In this document: in pieces, positions 10,706 to 22,529 of the stretch | How the letters are laid out: each line of letters opens with the position of its first letter | Position numbering within the stretch: the first letter of the stretch is position 1 | Origin: Acidimicrobiia bacterium | GTDB lineage: Bacteria; Actinomycetota; Acidimicrobiia; Spongiisociales; ZC4RG35 | Length of the DNA stretch: 64,000 bases | NCBI GenBank assembly: GCA_035281645.1 | Contig: DATEDN010000145.1 | Coordinates: forward strand, 65,684 to 129,683 | Direction of reading: 5' to 3' | Made by a program: the position numbers and the translations under genes | The notes under the pieces: generated by a model | Seen by the model: only the letters and a program-made list of their open reading frames with translations | Databases searched by the model: none | What the model was told of the DNA's origin: nothing

Positions 10706-12454
10706 ATGGTCGCCCACCCAACTATCTCCGACTCACGCCTCGCCAACCTCGCCGCCAGGGCCGTCGCTGACGGTTATGTCGCCTTTGACGATCGTTTCCG
10801 GGTCATCACGCGTCGCGCCCGGGATCGGTTCATCGATCGTGAGTGGAAGGGGATGCGCGCCGATAGCTTCGAGCGGCTCGAGGTATATGCCGAGGCGGTC
10901 GGCACCGTCATCGGGACGGTCCGCAAGTTGATGGGGGTGCGGCTCGAGGACCGCCAGCTATGGGCGTTGATGAAAGCCGTCTATTCGGGCCTCATTCAAG
11001 AACGCGACGACTGGGAGCTGGCTGAGACCTTTTTCAATTCCGTCACCCGCAAGATCTTTGTGACCGTGGGAGTGGACCGGAACATCGAGTTCGTCGACAC
11101 CGATTTCGACACTCCTCCCCACCAGGCGCTTCGACCCGTTTACCGCTCTTACGTCGATCCGAGCGACGTCGCCACGTTGGTGGAAACGATCATCACCGAT
11201 TCGGACCTCGGGATCTCTTACATCGACCTGGCCGGAGACTGCCGAAAGGCTGCCCTCCGGATCGCCGTGCACCTCCGGAATACAGGAGGGTTGAGGGTCA
11301 TCGACCGCGCCGACGTGGTCGACTCCATCTTCTACCGCGGCAAGGCTGCCTATCTGGTGGGACGGGTGTACAGCGGAAGCCAGATGTTCCCGCTCGTCCT
11401 GGCGGTGCTCCATCTCCCCCAGGGGGGCAAACTCGACGCGCTGCTTCTGACCGAGAACCAGGTCTCGGTGCTGTTCTCGTTCACCCGCTCTTATTTCCAC
11501 GTTGACGTCGCCCGCCCGTATGACCTTGTGAGCTTTCTCCGTTCGCTGATGCCCCGCAAGCGGATGTCCGAGTTGTACATCGCCATCGGCCAGCACAAGC
11601 ACGGCAAGACATCTCTTTACCGCGAATTACTCTTTCATCTGGCCGGCACCGGGGAGCGGTTCTCCATCGCCCGCGGCACCAAGGGCCTGGTGATGGCGGT
11701 TTTCACGCTGGCCGGATTCGACGTGGTGGTGAAGGTCATCAAGGATCGCTTTCCTGCTCCCAAGCGCACAACTCGCCAAGAGGTGAGGGAGCGATACCGG
11801 CTCGTCTTTCTCGCCGATCGGGCGGGCCGGTTGGTCGACGCCCAGGAGTTCGAGTATCTCGAGTTTGATCGCTCTCGCTTCGACCCCGAACTGCTCGAGT
11901 TGTTGGGCAACGAATGCGGTCGCAATTTCGAGATGTTCGAGCAGAAAGTGGTCATCCGCCACGCCTATATCGAGAGGCGGGTGATCCCCCTCGATATCTA
12001 TCTCCGTGACGCCGACGGGGAACTGGGGGCGAGCGCAATCGTCGATTACGGGAATGCCATCAAGGAACTTGCCGCTACCGGCATCTTCCCCGGGGACCTC
12101 CTCTTGAAGAACTTCGGAGTGACCCGCCACGGCCGGGTCGTGTTCTATGACTATGACGAACTGACCACCATCGGCAAGTGTGTCTTCCGAGCCCTGCCGG
12201 ATGACGCCGACAGCGGCGAGGAGCCCTCGTTTGGGGTGGGGCCTGACGACGTCTTCCCGGAAGAATTCGAGCGCTTCCTCGGCGTCGAAGACGACCTCAA
12301 AGCGGAGTTCATGTCACATCACCGTGACCTGTACACCGCCCAGTGGTGGCTGGCGGTGCAGAAACGAGTGGCGGCGGGCGAGTTGATCGATATCTTCCCG
12401 TATGACCAAAGCGCCCGCTTGCCCGAAGGCGAGCCGGCGCCGGCTAGCGGTTAG
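10706..12454 (+). CDS. aceK: Bifunctional isocitrate dehydrogenase kinase/phosphatase (AceK)
   Basis: 582 aa, collinear from memory with E. coli AceK (578 aa). Shared blocks: AETFFNSVTRKIF, FYRGKAAYLVGR, FSFTRSYFHVD, ELYIAIGQHKHGKT, AGFDVVVKVIKDRFPAPK, IRHAYIERRVIPLDIYL, YGNAIKELAATGIFPGDLLLKNFGVTRHGRVVFYDYDE, DVFPEEFERFL. Confidence 0.85.
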   Translation: MVAHPTISDSRLANLAARAVADGYVAFDDRFRVITRRARDRFIDREWKGMRADSFERLEVYAEAVGTVIGTVRKLMGVRLEDRQLWALMKAVYSGLIQERDDWELAETFFNSVTRKIFVTVGVDRNIEFVDTDFDTPPHQALRPVYRSYVDPSDVATLVETIITDSDLGISYIDLAGDCRKAALRIAVHLRNTGGLRVIDRADVVDSIFYRGKAAYLVGRVYSGSQMFPLVLAVLHLPQGGKLDALLLTENQVSVLFSFTRSYFHVDVARPYDLVSFLRSLMPRKRMSELYIAIGQHKHGKTSLYRELLFHLAGTGERFSIARGTKGLVMAVFTLAGFDVVVKVIKDRFPAPKRTTRQEVRERYRLVFLADRAGRLVDAQEFEYLEFDRSRFDPELLELLGNECGRNFEMFEQKVVIRHAYIERRVIPLDIYLRDADGELGASAIVDYGNAIKELAATGIFPGDLLLKNFGVTRHGRVVFYDYDELTTIGKCVFRALPDDADSGEEPSFGVGPDDVFPEEFERFLGVEDDLKAEFMSHHRDLYTAQWWLAVQKRVAAGELIDIFPYDQSARLPEGEPAPASG

Positions 12455-12463
12455 ATTCGGTCG

Positions 12464-13231
12464 ATGGACCTCGTCGAGTACACAGTGGACGGACCGGTTG
12501 CCCTGGTGCGCCTCAACCGTCCTCCGGTGAACGCGTTGTCGCCTGAGCTCTCCCAGGATCTGCTGGCGGCGTTCACCGAGGCGGCCGATCCGACGGTGAG
12601 AGCAGTGGTGGTCACCGGGCAGCCCCACTTTGCAGCCGGGGCCGACATCAAAGGCTTTCAAACGGTGTACCAGGAAGGCGGCGAACAGAAGCTGGCCTCG
12701 ACCTTGGTGGAGGCGATCTGGGCGCTCGACCTTCTCGAGAAGCCCACCATCGCCGCCATTCACGGCTACGCCCTAGGTGGTGGCCTGGAACTGGCGATGG
12801 GGGCGGACTTCCGATATCTGGCAGACGACGCCAAGGTCGGTCAGCCAGAGATCAAGCTCGGTCTCATTCCCGGCGCTGGTGGCACCCAAAGGCTCCAGCG
12901 CCTGGTCGGTTTCCAACGGGCGAAGGACATTGTCTACAGCGGGCGCCAGGTGGGGGCGGAAGAGGCTCTCGCCATTGGCCTCGCCGATCGGGTCTTTCCG
13001 GCCGCCGACGTTCTGACCGAGGCCCAGGCCGCCGCCCGCGAGCTGGCGGCCGGTCCCACCCGCGCCCTCCACGCTGCCAAAAAAGCACTCGCCGGCGGGC
13101 ATGGGCGCCCACTTTCCGAGGGAATGGACTTGGAACGGGCCGCCTTTGACGAGAGTTTTTGGACCGACGACGCCCGCGAGGGGGTGTCGGCCTTCATCGA
13201 GAAACGGGCTCCTTCCTTTCAGGGTAAGTAG
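12464..13231 (+). CDS. Enoyl-CoA hydratase/isomerase (crotonase) family protein
   Basis: VALVRLNRPPVNAL, FAAGADIK, IAAIHGYALGGGLELAMGADFR, GQPEIKLGLIPGAGGTQRL, EGVSAFIEKR. Confidence 0.85.
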   Translation: MDLVEYTVDGPVALVRLNRPPVNALSPELSQDLLAAFTEAADPTVRAVVVTGQPHFAAGADIKGFQTVYQEGGEQKLASTLVEAIWALDLLEKPTIAAIHGYALGGGLELAMGADFRYLADDAKVGQPEIKLGLIPGAGGTQRLQRLVGFQRAKDIVYSGRQVGAEEALAIGLADRVFPAADVLTEAQAAARELAAGPTRALHAAKKALAGGHGRPLSEGMDLERAAFDESFWTDDAREGVSAFIEKRAPSFQGK

Positions 13232-13710
13232 CTCGAGGGCTCCACCTCCAGCTGCCGCTTCAGCCGGGCCAGATTCCTCCGCCAGATCTCCGCCAGCACC
13301 GGACGGGCGATGAGCGCCGTCAACTGTCCTCCGAGGTAGGGCGGAAACCGGAGCTCCTCGCACCAGGTGAGGCGGGTGGCCCCGGCGATGGCGGCCACCG
13401 CGAACTCGCCCGTCCCAGTCACCAGACCCTGGTGCTCGACGCCAATCCGATGAGGCGGCTCCCAGACCGTCACCGTCATACGGTCGGTGAGGCGGAAAGG
13501 GCCCACTCGGGTGGCCACCTCGATAACTGCTCCCGGACCGGAGGTGACGTTGCTGCCAAACCCGATGGATTCGACGTCTCCCATCCAGCGCTCGTGACCC
13601 TTGAGATCGCTCACCGCCTCCCAGACCACGGCCAGAGGGGCACCGATATCCGCCGAGACCACTATCGGAGTCATCGTGGGTTGGTCGAAACACACCAAGT
13701 CATGGGACAA
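13219..13710 (-). CDS. SRPBCC (START/polyketide cyclase-like) family protein
   Basis: IGAPLAVVWEAVSDLKGHERWM... is typical of the SRPBCC N-terminus. A more likely start is MTPIVV at 13674. There is a 13-nt convergent overlap with the crotonase gene. Confidence 0.65.
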   Translation of the reverse strand: MSHDLVCFDQPTMTPIVVSADIGAPLAVVWEAVSDLKGHERWMGDVESIGFGSNVTSGPGAVIEVATRVGPFRLTDRMTVTVWEPPHRIGVEHQGLVTGTGEFAVAAIAGATRLTWCEELRFPPYLGGQLTALIARPVLAEIWRRNLARLKRQLEVEPSSYLP

Positions 13711-13717
13711 TTCTCGC

Positions 13718-14824
13718 TTGCTCTATCTGGATCACGCCGCCACTACTCCGCTTCGGTCCGAGGCCATCGAGGCCATGGCTCCATATGCATCGGGGGTCTT
13801 TGGGAACACTTCGGGCAGCCATTTCATCAGCCGCCGGGCGAAAAATGCACTCGAGGAGGCCCGAGAAAGGGCGGCCCGTTTGATCGGTGCCCAACCCGAG
13901 GAAATCGTCTTTACCAGCGGGGGAACGGAAGCGGACAACCTGGCTTTGGTGGGCACCGCTCTCCAGAGTCGAGGTCGTATTGTCACCGTTGCCACCGAGC
14001 ACGAAGCCATTCTCGAGACCGCTCGTTGGTTGGAGCGCTTGGATTGTCCCGTAGCAGTGGTAGACGTCGATAGTCGGGGGAAGGTCGATCCGGAAAAGGT
14101 TGTTGCCGCGGTTGACGAAGGTGGGGCGGCGGTCTTATCGGTGATGATGGTCAACAACGAGACCGGGACCATTCAACCGATCGAGAAAATTCGCAACCTG
14201 CTTGGAGATCGCGGAACCGCGTTTCATACGGACGCCATCCAGGCGTTTGCTTCGATGGATGTCGACGTTGGATCCGTTGACCTCCTCTCTTTGGCGGCCC
14301 ACAAGTTCGGAGGACCGCAGGGGGTCGGCCTCCTCTACGTCCGCAAGGGGATGCCGTTTTGGCCTCTCATCTCCGGCGGGGGTCAGGAGATGGGACGACG
14401 CAGCGGTACCCACAACGTCGCCGGGATCGTCGGCATGGTTGCTGCCATGGAGGCCGCCGCTGCCGACCGCGAACGGTTTCGCCGGGTGACTGAGGAGGCC
14501 CGGGAGCGTTTCGAGGCTGGACTCGGGGAGCAGGCGGTGCGCACGGTTCCCGCTCTTCTGACCACCTCACATCATTGTCATCTCACCTTCGAGGTTCCCA
14601 ACGAGGCGATGCTGGTCCACCTGGATCGGCTCGGCCTTGCGGCCTCGGCTGGCTCAGCCTGCCAGTCGGGCGCGGCTGCCGTCTCTCACGTCTTGACGGC
14701 GATGGGAATCTCCGAGGAGCAGGCGCGGAGATCGCTGCGGTTCAGCTTCGGCTGGACCACCCAACCAGAGCACGGGGATCAGGCGGCGGAGATCGTCCTT
14801 AAGGCAATCGAGGCGAGCCGATGA
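13718..14824 (+). CDS. iscS: Cysteine desulfurase (NifS/IscS-type, PLP-dependent)
   Basis: [59 protein letters not shown]. The track ORF begins at 13601; the TTG at 13718 gives the canonical M[10 protein letters not shown] start (alternative GTG at 13676). Confidence 0.9.
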   Translation: MLYLDHAATTPLRSEAIEAMAPYASGVFGNTSGSHFISRRAKNALEEARERAARLIGAQPEEIVFTSGGTEADNLALVGTALQSRGRIVTVATEHEAILETARWLERLDCPVAVVDVDSRGKVDPEKVVAAVDEGGAAVLSVMMVNNETGTIQPIEKIRNLLGDRGTAFHTDAIQAFASMDVDVGSVDLLSLAAHKFGGPQGVGLLYVRKGMPFWPLISGGGQEMGRRSGTHNVAGIVGMVAAMEAAAADRERFRRVTEEARERFEAGLGEQAVRTVPALLTTSHHCHLTFEVPNEAMLVHLDRLGLAASAGSACQSGAAAVSHVLTAMGISEEQARRSLRFSFGWTTQPEHGDQAAEIVLKAIEASR

Positions 14825-15867
14825 GAGTCTTGGTGGCAATGTCGGGTGGAGTGGATTCGTCGGTGGCAGCGGCGATCATGAAGTCCGAGGGCCACGATGT
14901 CATCGGCGCCACGCTCAAGCTCTACCAGGGACCGAATGGGGAGTCGCCAACAGCTGGCTGCTGCACCCTTTCCGATTCCGAAGACGCGCGGCGGGTAGCC
15001 GCTCAATTGGATATCCCCTATTACGTGCTCGACTACGCCTCGCATTTCCGAGCGGGTGTGATCGAGCGCTTCGTTGCCGACTACCGCCATGGTCGCACGC
15101 CCAACCCGTGCGTGGAATGCAATCGCAGTGTCAAGTTCCGAAAGCTCCTCGATCAGGCTCACACCTTTGGATGTGACCTGTTGGTCACCGGCCACTACGC
15201 CCGTGTTGGTACCGAGGGCGACCGGTTCACGCTTCGCCGGGGCTTGGATCGGGCAAAGGACCAGTCCTATGTCCTGGCAATGCTCGACCAGGAGGCCCTG
15301 AGTCGAGTTCGTTTCCCGGTGGGGGAGCTGCAGAAGTCAGAAACCCGGGCCCTGGCGGCCGACTTGGGCTTACGAACCGCTCACAAATCAGACAGCCAGG
15401 ACATCTGCTTTGTCGGGCCGGGCGGGTACCGCCAGTTTCTCAAGCAGCACGATCCCGACGTCCTCTCTCCGGGCTCGATCACCGATCGGGGGGCGGTTGT
15501 GGGCCGCCACGAAGGAGTTTCGGGATTCACCATCGGCCAGCGGCATGGACTGGGCGTGGCGCTGGGGGAGCGTCGCTACGTGGTTGGAGTTGATCCACAC
15601 ACCTCGACGGTGACGCTGGGAGGCCGGTCCGACCTGGCGGTGAGCCGATTGTGGCTCGAGCAGATCACCTGGACCGACGAACCCCTTCCGGCCGGAGAAA
15701 TGGTTGAGGTTCAATTCCGGGCGCACGGCCGCCCGGTGCCCGCTTGCTTCGAGGGACATGGAGTGACGTTTCTCGAGCCTGAGTTGGCAATTGCTCCCGG
15801 CCAGACCGCCGCTATCTACCGTGACGACCTGGTCCTGGGGAGCGGGATCATCACCCGGACCACGTAG
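14821..15867 (+). CDS. mnmA: tRNA 2-thiouridine(34) synthase MnmA
   Basis: [42 protein letters not shown]. The start overlaps the iscS stop. Confidence 0.95.
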   Translation: MRVLVAMSGGVDSSVAAAIMKSEGHDVIGATLKLYQGPNGESPTAGCCTLSDSEDARRVAAQLDIPYYVLDYASHFRAGVIERFVADYRHGRTPNPCVECNRSVKFRKLLDQAHTFGCDLLVTGHYARVGTEGDRFTLRRGLDRAKDQSYVLAMLDQEALSRVRFPVGELQKSETRALAADLGLRTAHKSDSQDICFVGPGGYRQFLKQHDPDVLSPGSITDRGAVVGRHEGVSGFTIGQRHGLGVALGERRYVVGVDPHTSTVTLGGRSDLAVSRLWLEQITWTDEPLPAGEMVEVQFRAHGRPVPACFEGHGVTFLEPELAIAPGQTAAIYRDDLVLGSGIITRTT

Positions 15868-15879
15868 AAAGGGAGACGA

Positions 15880-16461
15880 GTGCCTTTTATCAAACGGGTC
15901 GACGAGGGGGAGGCCGAGGGCCGGGTCGCCGAATTATTCGAAGCCGAGCGGGCGCGCAAGGGATATGTCCCCAACTATCTTTCGCTGTTCGCTCTCCGCC
16001 CCGAGGTGTACGAAGCCTGGGCCAAGCTCATTGGCTCGATTAGAGCCAATATGGACCTGCGACGTTACGAGCTGGCGACCCTTGCTGCCGCCCAGGCACT
16101 CTCATCGAGCTACTGCTCTCTAGCTCATGGCCTCGTTCTCAAGGAGAAGGTCTTCGACGAGGCCGAACTGACCAAAGTCGTTAACGGGGAAGCCTCCGAA
16201 GATATAGACAAGGCGGTGATGGCCTTGGCGCGAAACGTGGCTATCGATGCTTCTCGTATCACCGAAGCCGACATCGCCCCGTTGCGGCAGTTGGGCTTTA
16301 CCGATGAGGATATCTTCGATGTCGTTCTGGCGGCCGCGGCTCGAGCCTTTTTCTCGAAGACTCTCGACGGCACGGGGACCGAACCCGATCGCGAGTACCG
16401 CGACCTGCTCGGGTCCAGGCTCTCTGATCGACTGGCCGTAGGCCGGCCGATCGAGGCGTGA
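15880..16461 (+). CDS. Carboxymuconolactone decarboxylase (AhpD-like) family, peroxidase-related enzyme
   Basis: N-terminal pattern VAELFEAERARKGYVPNYLSLFALRPEVYEAW and CMD core SSYCSLAHG. GTG start preceded by AAAGGGAGA. Confidence 0.7.
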   Translation: MPFIKRVDEGEAEGRVAELFEAERARKGYVPNYLSLFALRPEVYEAWAKLIGSIRANMDLRRYELATLAAAQALSSSYCSLAHGLVLKEKVFDEAELTKVVNGEASEDIDKAVMALARNVAIDASRITEADIAPLRQLGFTDEDIFDVVLAAAARAFFSKTLDGTGTEPDREYRDLLGSRLSDRLAVGRPIEA

Positions 16462-16510
16462 GGAGTTCTTCGGGTTGTCCCGGTCGGAATGTGACCGGTC
16501 CGCCTGATAA

Positions 16511-19085
<2,575 letters not shown>

Positions 19086-19109
19086 GAGAGCAGAGCTAGG
19101 GTTTTCCCC

Positions 19110-20252
19110 GTGAAGGTCAACCCCGTCGTCGAAGGGTTTGGCGAGTACGCCATTGGAGCGCTGGCTGAGCACGCTCGCCGACTCCGGGCGGAGGGAGTGC
19201 GGGTGCTCGACTTTTCGATCGGTGATCCGCGCGAGCCAACCCCTCCCTTCATCCCCGAGGCGTTGAAGGCGGCCGTTCCCCAGATCTCGCAGTATCCGAC
19301 CACAGCCGGCCTGCCCGAGTTGCGAGAAGCGATCGCGGGGTACCTCAAACGTCGATTTGGTGTCGGCGTGAATCCCGATACTCAAGTCATCCCCACCTCG
19401 GGTTCGAAGGAAGCGATCTTCTCGACGGCTCTGGCCTTCGTCGACCGAAGCCGTAAACATCTAGTGGCTTGGCCGAGCCCGGGCTATCCGATCTATGGAA
19501 GAGGAGCACGCTTCGCCGGGGCCGAGGGGCGACCGGTCGAGCTCGAATCCGATTTCATATTCCGGGCGCACCACCTGGAGGCGGACGCCTGGCGGCGGGC
19601 CGCTCTGGTCTGGACTTGCTCGCCTCACAACCCGGCCGGATCGATCACCAGTGGCGACGACCTGGCCGCTCTTGTGACCGCGGCCCGGGAGGGCGAGGCT
19701 CTCCTCTGTTCGGACGAGTGCTACGCGGACATCTACGACGAACAACCCCCGACCTCGGTGCTCGAGGTGGCCGGTCCGGGGGCGGAAGGAGTCCTCGCCT
19801 TCTTCTCCCTCTCGAAGCGATCGGGCATGACCGGATATCGCTCGGGGGCCATTGTCGGCGACGCGGAAGCAATACGCCTCATCAGGCTTCTTCGCACGTC
19901 GACGGGTACTGCCTCCCCTGAGTTCGTGCAGCGGGCGGCGATAGCCGCTTGGTCCGATGACGATCACGTCGCCGAGCGCCGGGCCATCTTTCGCCAGAAG
20001 CGCCGCATCCTCGGAGCGGCGTGCGAGGCTGTCGGAATGGCCGTGGTGGGGTCGGAGGGAGGCATATATCTCTGGGTTCGAGTCGGTGACGATCTCGAGA
20101 TCAGCAGTCGCTTGCTCACCCGGGGAGTTCTCGTAACTCCCGGCCGCGCCTTCGGCGAGGGGGGCGAGGGATATGTTCGACTGGCTCTCGTACCACCGCT
20201 GGATCAGTGTGACGAAGCGGCCGAGGTCTTGAGGGAATGTCTCGCGAACTGA
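19110..20252 (+). CDS. dapC: Class I/II aminotransferase, probable N-succinyldiaminopimelate aminotransferase (DapC)
   Basis: PLP aminotransferase motifs (NPAGSI, FFSLSKRSGMTGYRSG). It is translationally linked to the downstream dapD and dapE genes. The substrate assignment comes from context only. Confidence 0.7.
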   Translation: MKVNPVVEGFGEYAIGALAEHARRLRAEGVRVLDFSIGDPREPTPPFIPEALKAAVPQISQYPTTAGLPELREAIAGYLKRRFGVGVNPDTQVIPTSGSKEAIFSTALAFVDRSRKHLVAWPSPGYPIYGRGARFAGAEGRPVELESDFIFRAHHLEADAWRRAALVWTCSPHNPAGSITSGDDLAALVTAAREGEALLCSDECYADIYDEQPPTSVLEVAGPGAEGVLAFFSLSKRSGMTGYRSGAIVGDAEAIRLIRLLRTSTGTASPEFVQRAAIAAWSDDDHVAERRAIFRQKRRILGAACEAVGMAVVGSEGGIYLWVRVGDDLEISSRLLTRGVLVTPGRAFGEGGEGYVRLALVPPLDQCDEAAEVLRECLAN

Positions 20253-21040
20253 TCGAAGCGGCCTTTGCCGGCGAGGTCGATCTGCAAGAGGCCGCCCCCG
20301 AAGTCGAGGCGGCCATCGCCCAACTCGACCAGGGGACTCAGCGCGTGGCCGAGCAAGTCGACGGGGAATGGAAGGTCAATGGCTGGCTCATGAAGGCCAT
20401 CCTTCTCTATTTTCGGCTGAGGAAATCTGAGACGATCGACATCGGGCCTTTCGAGTACCACGACAAGATTCCCCTCAAACGCAACCTCGCCAGCCAGCAG
20501 GTCCGGGTGGTGCCACCCGGAATGGTTCGATATGGCGCCTTTTGCGAACCGGGAGTGATCGTGATGCCGGGCTACGTCAACATCGGCGCCCGGGTGGGCT
20601 CGGGAACCATGGTCGACACGTGGGCCACCGTCGGCTCCTGCGCCCAGATCGGTCGCAATGTCCATCTGAGCGGGGGAGTCGGCATCGGTGGAGTGCTCGA
20701 GCCACCGGGGGCACGACCGGTAGTCGTCGAAGACGACGCCTTCATCGGCTCGCGCTCAATCGTGGTCGAAGGTGCCCTGATCGAAAAAGGGGCGGTGCTG
20801 GGAGCGAACACGGTGATAGCGGCCAACACCCCGATCATCGACGTGACTGGCCCTGAGCCCGTCGAGTATCGGGGAAGGGTTCCGGCGGGGGCGATAGCTG
20901 TTCCCGGTACCCGGCCTAAGCAATTTCCTGCCGGGACTTATCAACTCTCTTGCGCTTTGATCATTGGGTACCGCACCGCCTCGACGAGCGAGAAAACCAG
21001 CCTCAATGACTATCTCAGGGAAGCCGGCGTCAGCGTGTGA
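20237..21040 (+). CDS. dapD: 2,3,4,5-tetrahydropyridine-2,6-dicarboxylate N-succinyltransferase (DapD)
   Basis: WKVNGWLMKAILLYFRL plus hexapeptide-repeat left-handed beta-helix (GYVNIGARVGSGTMVDTWATVGSCAQIGRNVHLSGGVGIGGVLEP). The 267-aa length matches the short E. coli-type DapD. Confidence 0.9.
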   Translation: MSRELIEAAFAGEVDLQEAAPEVEAAIAQLDQGTQRVAEQVDGEWKVNGWLMKAILLYFRLRKSETIDIGPFEYHDKIPLKRNLASQQVRVVPPGMVRYGAFCEPGVIVMPGYVNIGARVGSGTMVDTWATVGSCAQIGRNVHLSGGVGIGGVLEPPGARPVVVEDDAFIGSRSIVVEGALIEKGAVLGANTVIAANTPIIDVTGPEPVEYRGRVPAGAIAVPGTRPKQFPAGTYQLSCALIIGYRTASTSEKTSLNDYLREAGVSV

Positions 21041-22131
21041 ATGATCTCCACAAAACCTTGCAATGGCTCATCGATACCCCGTCAGAGACCGGCAACGAGG
21101 GTCGGCTCTGCACGGAGGTGGCGGCCAGGCTCTATCGCGCCTTCGGGCAGGAGACGGTCGACCGAGTGGGGAACTCCCTGGTCGTCGGGCCCCGCGATGC
21201 CGCCGCCCCCATCCTTCTCGTCGGACACCTCGACACGGTTCCTTCTCAGGGTCAGCCTCCGGCGCGGATAGAAGGCGACCGAATGTTCGGTCTCGGGGCC
21301 TCCGACATGAAAGCGGGGGTGGCAGTGATGCTGCACTTGCTCGAGGATCGCGACGTCCGATTGACGGGCCGCGACCTGATCGGGGTGTTCTATGCCGGGG
21401 AAGAAGGATCGTCCGAGGCAAACGAGTTGGAAACGGTGTTGGTCCGAGCACCTTGGCTCAAAGCCGCGTCGTTTGCGGTCGTCCTCGAACCGACTGATGG
21501 CGAGGTCCAGATCGGTTGCAACGGAGTTGTCAACGCTCGTGTCGTTTTCGAGGGCACCGCCGCCCATTCCGCCCGTCCTTGGCTGGGAGTCAATGCCGTC
21601 ACTCGGGCGGGGGAGTGGCTGGCGGAGATGGACAAGCGAGAGCCAGAACCGGTCGAGATCGACGGCCTGATCTTCCGGGAAGTCATCTCGGTCACTCGGG
21701 CATCGGGGGGAATCGCCAACAACATCATTCCTTCGAGCTTCGAGCTCAACGTCAACTTCCGGTTTGCCCCTCATCGCAGCATCGACGATGCGGTCGATGT
21801 GCTGGCCTCGGTGTGCGCCGCTGCCGATGGGTTCGAGGTCGTCGACTCGGCGCCTGCGGGGCCGGTCGATACGGCTCATCCGATCCTCGACCGCTTACGC
21901 GAGTTGTCGGGCGCGCCGGCGGCAGCCAAACAAGGCTGGACAGACGTGGCTCGGCTGGGCGCACACGGGATCGCGGCGGTCAACTACGGGCCAGGGGAAA
22001 CAGCGCTGGCTCATAAGGTGGATGAGAGTGTCCGCCTCGACGACCTCGACAAGGTCTTCGACACCCTGCGCCAACTTCTACTGGACGCGGAAAGTCCATT
22101 CGAACTCGCCGGGGCTGGGGAGTCCGGCTAA
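21037..22131 (+). CDS. dapE: Succinyl-diaminopimelate desuccinylase (DapE, M20 peptidase family)
   Basis: M20 motifs LVGHLDTVP, GASDMKAG, YAGEE, GWTDVARL. The start has a 4-nt overlap with dapD. Confidence 0.85.
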   Translation: MNDLHKTLQWLIDTPSETGNEGRLCTEVAARLYRAFGQETVDRVGNSLVVGPRDAAAPILLVGHLDTVPSQGQPPARIEGDRMFGLGASDMKAGVAVMLHLLEDRDVRLTGRDLIGVFYAGEEGSSEANELETVLVRAPWLKAASFAVVLEPTDGEVQIGCNGVVNARVVFEGTAAHSARPWLGVNAVTRAGEWLAEMDKREPEPVEIDGLIFREVISVTRASGGIANNIIPSSFELNVNFRFAPHRSIDDAVDVLASVCAAADGFEVVDSAPAGPVDTAHPILDRLRELSGAPAAAKQGWTDVARLGAHGIAAVNYGPGETALAHKVDESVRLDDLDKVFDTLRQLLLDAESPFELAGAGESG

Positions 22132-22440
22132 CGAGTCCCAGACGATTCGGATTTCTTGGATACCCGGGGTCCAGGCCTGCATCACGAGGCTCTGGGCGCT
22201 CGGCTGCCACCTATGGACTCCCGTCGGCTCGACGAAGGTGATCTCATTCTCGGGGATGAGGAAACCATTGACGTAGATCTGGGCCTGGTAGCCGGACTCA
22301 AGATCGATTTCCAAGATCGCCTGCGTCAAAGCCGAATCATTGGGATGGGGAGTGATCGACTCGATCGGCGCGGGAAGCTCGGTGGGCTCGCCGCCACCCC
22401 CGAAGGCAATGGCCAGAAGCACCGCAGCCAGAGCCACCAA
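22078..22440 (-). CDS. Hypothetical small membrane-anchored protein
   Basis: Hydrophobic N-terminus (VALAAVLLAIAF) with no recognisable domain. Its 3' end overlaps the dapE 3' end by 54 nt (convergent), so coding status is uncertain. Confidence 0.4.
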   Translation of the reverse strand: MVALAAVLLAIAFGGGGEPTELPAPIESITPHPNDSALTQAILEIDLESGYQAQIYVNGFLIPENEITFVEPTGVHRWQPSAQSLVMQAWTPGIQEIRIVWDSLAGLPSPGEFEWTFRVQ

Positions 22441-22478
22441 TGCGAGCCCGAGGTAGATAAACCGGTATGAAATCGCAA

Positions 22479-22521
22479 CCTAAGGTTATAGGCCGCGGAA
22501 ACCACGGCTTATAGCCTTAGG
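22479..22521. repeat. Palindromic intergenic element, family B, copy 1 (CCTAAGG...CCTTAGG); probable 3' hairpin/terminator of the anti-sigma gene
   Basis: CCTAAGGTTATAGGCCGCGG-AAAC-CACGGCTTATAGCCTTAGG. This is near-identical, in inverted orientation, to 29084-29126. Confidence 0.75.
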
Positions 22522-22529
22522 TTTCCGCA

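Noticed and set aside
10566-10706. Integrated mobile element at tRNA-Leu carrying aceK.
   Set aside because: No integrase, no direct repeat of the tRNA 3' end beyond a trivial GGGTTCG match, and no visible compositional break. At most this is an old acquisition, which is discussed in the AceK finding at 10566-12454.
10549-10746. 65-aa minus-strand ORF covering the tRNA-Leu region.
   Set aside because: The region folds into a complete class II tRNA on the plus strand, so the ORF is an artefact.
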